In this document: positions 48,551 to 50,785 of the stretch, in pieces
Position numbering within the stretch: the stretch's first letter is position 1
Layout: each line of letters starts with the position of its first letter
NCBI RefSeq assembly: GCF_002113885.1
Contig: NW_018408896.1
Location: forward strand, 2,935,215-2,985,999
Length of the DNA stretch: 50,785 nucleotides
Direction: 5' to 3'
Origin: Mizuhopecten yessoensis
Lineage: Eukaryota
The notes under the pieces: model-generated
Told to the model about the DNA's origin: nothing
The model's database searches: none
The model's input: only the letters and a program-made list of their open reading frames with translations
Translations under genes and position numbers: made by a program

Positions 48551-49449
48551 TTGCGGACTTCCTTCTTTGGCTGTTTAGGGACCGCAATCTTGCCCCTGGC
48601 ACTATCGCTGGTTATCGCACGGCCATTGCTAGTGTTCTCTCTGTTCATGGTAGGTCGGAGGTAGGCTCGTCCTCCTCTCTTTCTGCCTTGATTAGGGGGT
48701 TTGGGTTGGACAGGCCTAGGGTCCGGCAGTTGGCTCCGCAGTGGAATTTGCCACTGGTGCTCGAATCGCTGATGCGGGCACCTTATGAGCCTTTAGCGTC
48801 TGCCTCCTTGAAGTTTGTTACTTACAAGGTGGTATTCCTTGTTGCCCTGGCCTCAGGTCGAAGGAGGAGTGAGATTCATGCCTTGTCTTCTCACCCCTCT
48901 TGCCTCCGATGGTCCAGGAATTACTCTGCCGTTACCCTTCTCACTGATCCTGCCTTTATGGCTAAGAATCAGGTTCCTGGCTTCTCGCCCGATCCGATTA
49001 AGATTCCGTCTTTGACTGCCTTCGTTGGAGCTGAGGAACGGGATAGGTTGCTCTGTCCCTGTCGGGCGCTTAGGTTTTACCTCGATAAAACCAGGGGGGG
49101 GCGAGGTCCTCGATCTCGTCTGTTTTTGCCCATTAAGCAGGGTCAACAGGATATCTCTTCTCAGTCAGTGTCTAGATGGATCTGTCAGGTCATCAAGTAC
49201 GGTTACGACCACTCGGATGATCAGGTTCGGGCGTTGTATAAGGTGAGAGCTCATGAGATCAGGGCCCTTGCTGCGTCATGGGCCCTCCTCAATGGGTCCC
49301 CCTTTCAGGAGGTCATGTCCGCAGCTTTCTGGCGCGGACAGACTACCTTCACGGATTTTTATCTCCGGTCCTTGGCCTCTCATTCTGATGGATTGTATTC
49401 CCTTGGACCGGTGGTGGTTGCACAGTCTGTGGCTGTTCCTCCACAGTAA
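48370..49449 (+). CDS. DIRS-like tyrosine recombinase (YR) domain, C-terminal ~350 aa of the frame +1 ORF 46399-49449
   Basis: N-terminal SAM-like core-binding region (RIARSIRASSSAVYQSRWKIYCDWC...GTIAGYRTAIASV). Catalytic region ...GRRRSEIHAL...RAHEIRALAASWAL...FTDFYLRS carries the R...HxxR...Y tyrosine-recombinase signature. Confidence 0.8.
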   Translation, partial: SRVEAISGGLAQAGFSRDVSDRIARSIRASSSAVYQSRWKIYCDWCVGRKVDPIKATVQVIADFLLWLFRDRNLAPGTIAGYRTAIASVLSVHGRSEVGSSSSLSALIRGFGLDRPRVRQLAPQWNLPLVLESLMRAPYEPLASASLKFVTYKVVFLVALASGRRRSEIHALSSHPSCLRWSRNYSAVTLLTDPAFMAKNQVPGFSPDPIKIPSLTAFVGAEERDRLLCPCRALRFYLDKTRGGRGPRSRLFLPIKQGQQDISSQSVSRWICQVIKYGYDHSDDQVRALYKVRAHEIRALAASWALLNGSPFQEVMSAAFWRGQTTFTDFYLRSLASHSDGLYSLGPVVVAQSVAVPPQ

Positions 49450-49653
49450 TTCAGTGATTTTAAATAGTATGCTATCAGGCACCACGGTGGTACACCTGCT
49501 CGTTTCACGGGGAGGTTTTCCATTTTTTAATTACTTTCGGGGCTTTATTAGGGGGGTTCCTTGAACCTTTTCCCTACCTTGAGCATGTCTCGAGTTTGTT
49601 CCGTCAGCCTGGTCTGCCTGGATTCGAAGCCTCCACTACGGTAAGACGAATTC

Positions 49654-49748
49654 GCATACTAAAGTTATGGTAATTATTACTGAAATGAAATTGAGGTTTT
49701 TGAAGTAAAACCAATTTTCATGATGTAATACTTACCATAACTTTATGG
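49654..49748 (+). repeat. DIRS-like internal complementary region (ICR)
   Basis: gcatactaaagttatggtaattattactgaaatgaaa is the reverse complement of the ITR-L outer tip. ttgaggtttttgaagtaaaaccaattttcatgatgtaatacttaccataacttta is the reverse complement of the ITR-R outer tip. Confidence 0.8.
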
Positions 49749-49801
49749 AGTCCCACCCTGTATTCCTCCCCTTGCCTCCTCATCCTGGCTGCCTTTAGGC
49801 T

Positions 49802-50000
49802 CCATAAAAGGGGGTTTGAGGAAGGGAGATCACTCCGTGGCTCTGTCATCGAGATAGAGGTTACGTCACGGTAGGGAGGTAGGGATATTTGAATCTTTTG
49901 TTTTTGGGCTACAAAGATGGGTGTAGGTATTGTATATGCATACTAAAGTTATGGTAAGTATTACATCATGAAAATTGGTTTTACTTCAAAAACCTCAATT
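49802..50000 (+). repeat. DIRS-like right inverted terminal repeat (ITR-R), with a ~43-bp outer extension not present in ITR-L
   Basis: 49812-49957 is the reverse complement of ITR-L. 49958-50000 (gtattacatcatgaaaattggttttacttcaaaaacctcaatt) is unique to the right end but is copied in the ICR. Confidence 0.8.
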
Positions 50001-50207
50001 TAAAGTATTCATATCATTTGTTTCTACAAATTTCAACATTAACTGAAATAAAGATGTTTAATTTTAAAATATAACTTATTTAGAGAATTTTCACTATCAT
50101 AATTATATGCGTGAAAAATATTTAAAAGAAAGATTTCCTTAAGTTCTATGTTCCAAGGTAAACATGAACAGTTTTAAAGAACAATCCTTGGTAATTAAGT
50201 CACATAC

Positions 50208-50304
50208 CTAGTTGGTACTTGTCAAAATTGGGGAACTTGGTGATCATGACTTTCCTGAGAGCTGCCGGTATAGCACCTTGTCTGATAGTCTTGTCATGAA
50301 AGGC
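50208..50304 (-). CDS. Putative upstream exon of the same RGG-box gene: AFHDKTIRQGAIPAALRKVMITKFPNFDKYQL(A)
   Basis: Acceptor tttgcag (50306/05), donor gtatgt (50207/06). It ends with 1 nt (G) that joins 'CA' of the 43100 exon to give Ala, so the reading frame is continuous across the DIRS-containing interval. Confidence 0.35.
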
Positions 50305-50439
50305 CTGCAAATAAATCATATGTCAGATTCTGATCTCAAGATGCTTAACAATGATTTTTTTTTCTCGTATTGAATAAAAATTGTAATAGAGAGAAGTTGT
50401 TTTAGTTCACTTCTAGAATTACCTTTTCATAAATATGTA

Positions 50440-50785
50440 TAAGATAGCTCAGCAGAACTAATGTCAACACAACCTACCTAATAAATCTCTGCTACCTCTA
50501 TCTAGTCACAGGGTCACTGTCCAGACAACCTACCTGGTATATCTCTGGTCACAGGGTCACTGTAGACAGGTGTTATTGCCCAGACAACCTACCTGGTAGA
50601 TCTCTGCTACCTCCATCTAGTCACAGGGTCACTGTAGACAGGTGTTATTGCCCAGACAACCTACCTGGTAGATCTCTGCTACCTCTATCTAGTCACAGAG
50701 TCACTATAGACAGATGTTACTGTCCAGACAACCTACCTGGTAGATCTCTGCTACCTCTATCTAGTCACAGAGTCACTATAGACAG
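50440..50785. repeat. ~72-bp tandem repeat x ~5 (ctacctggtagatctctgctacctctatctagtcacagggtcactgtagacaggtgttattgcccagacaac), continues past the window end
   Basis: Direct reading. Confidence 0.8.

Larger units (their letters stand above)
43223..50000 (+). mobile_element. Full-length DIRS-like tyrosine-recombinase retrotransposon (~6.8 kb): ITR-L, gag, RT/RNase H, YR, ICR, ITR-R
   Basis: Inverted terminal repeats (43223-43391 vs 49802-49957, near-perfect reverse complements). There are three ORFs with DIRS-type domain order. An internal complementary region (49654-49748) has halves that are reverse complements of the left outer tip (43223-43259, 37/37) and the right outer tip (49939-50001, ~55/60). 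Confidence 0.85.

Noticed and set aside
38330-50785. CRISPR-like regular repeats
   Set aside because: All regular arrays here are head-to-tail satellites without unique spacers, in a eukaryotic intron-containing context; not CRISPR.

Overview
This is eukaryotic (metazoan-type) genomic DNA: AT-rich, with an intron-rich gene, GT..AG splice sites and abundant mini- and microsatellites. It is not prokaryotic. The provided ORF track uses bacterial-style alternative starts (e.g. TTG at 27-29 rendered as M), so its ORFs must be read as exon fragments. Main content: (1) At 1..797 (minus) there is a partial LINE-type ORF1p-like retrotransposon protein that runs off the window start. (2) Spanning ~11.1-37.9 kb (minus) is a very large multi-exon gene with TROVE, DUF4062, NACHT (P-loop GKPGSGKS, Walker [10 protein letters not shown]) and many WD40 exons, i.e. 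a TEP1-like (telomerase/vault-associated protein 1) architecture. Its introns carry many tandem minisatellites, a 1.5-kb 49-bp satellite, and copies of a ~95-bp foldback MITE family. (3) At 38330..40920 there is a 2.6-kb, ~43-copy, 60-bp satellite with a strict 120-bp higher-order alternation; it creates artefactual 850-900 aa 'ORFs' in three frames. (4) At 41.9-43.1 kb (minus) lies a gene for a K-rich / RGG-box / acidic-Ser protein, with an upstream exon at ~50.2 kb. Its large intron appears to host (5) a complete ~6.8-kb DIRS-like tyrosine-recombinase retrotransposon (43223..~50000, plus strand). The element has gag, RT/RNase H and YR ORFs, inverted terminal repeats, and an internal complementary region that matches both outer termini, the hallmark DIRS1 architecture. 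(6) At 8437..8990 there is a 33/67-bp satellite, plus additional dispersed repeat pairs. No CRISPR, rRNA or canonical tRNA genes were found. Exon coordinates below were derived by hand from splice motifs and are approximate unless stated.
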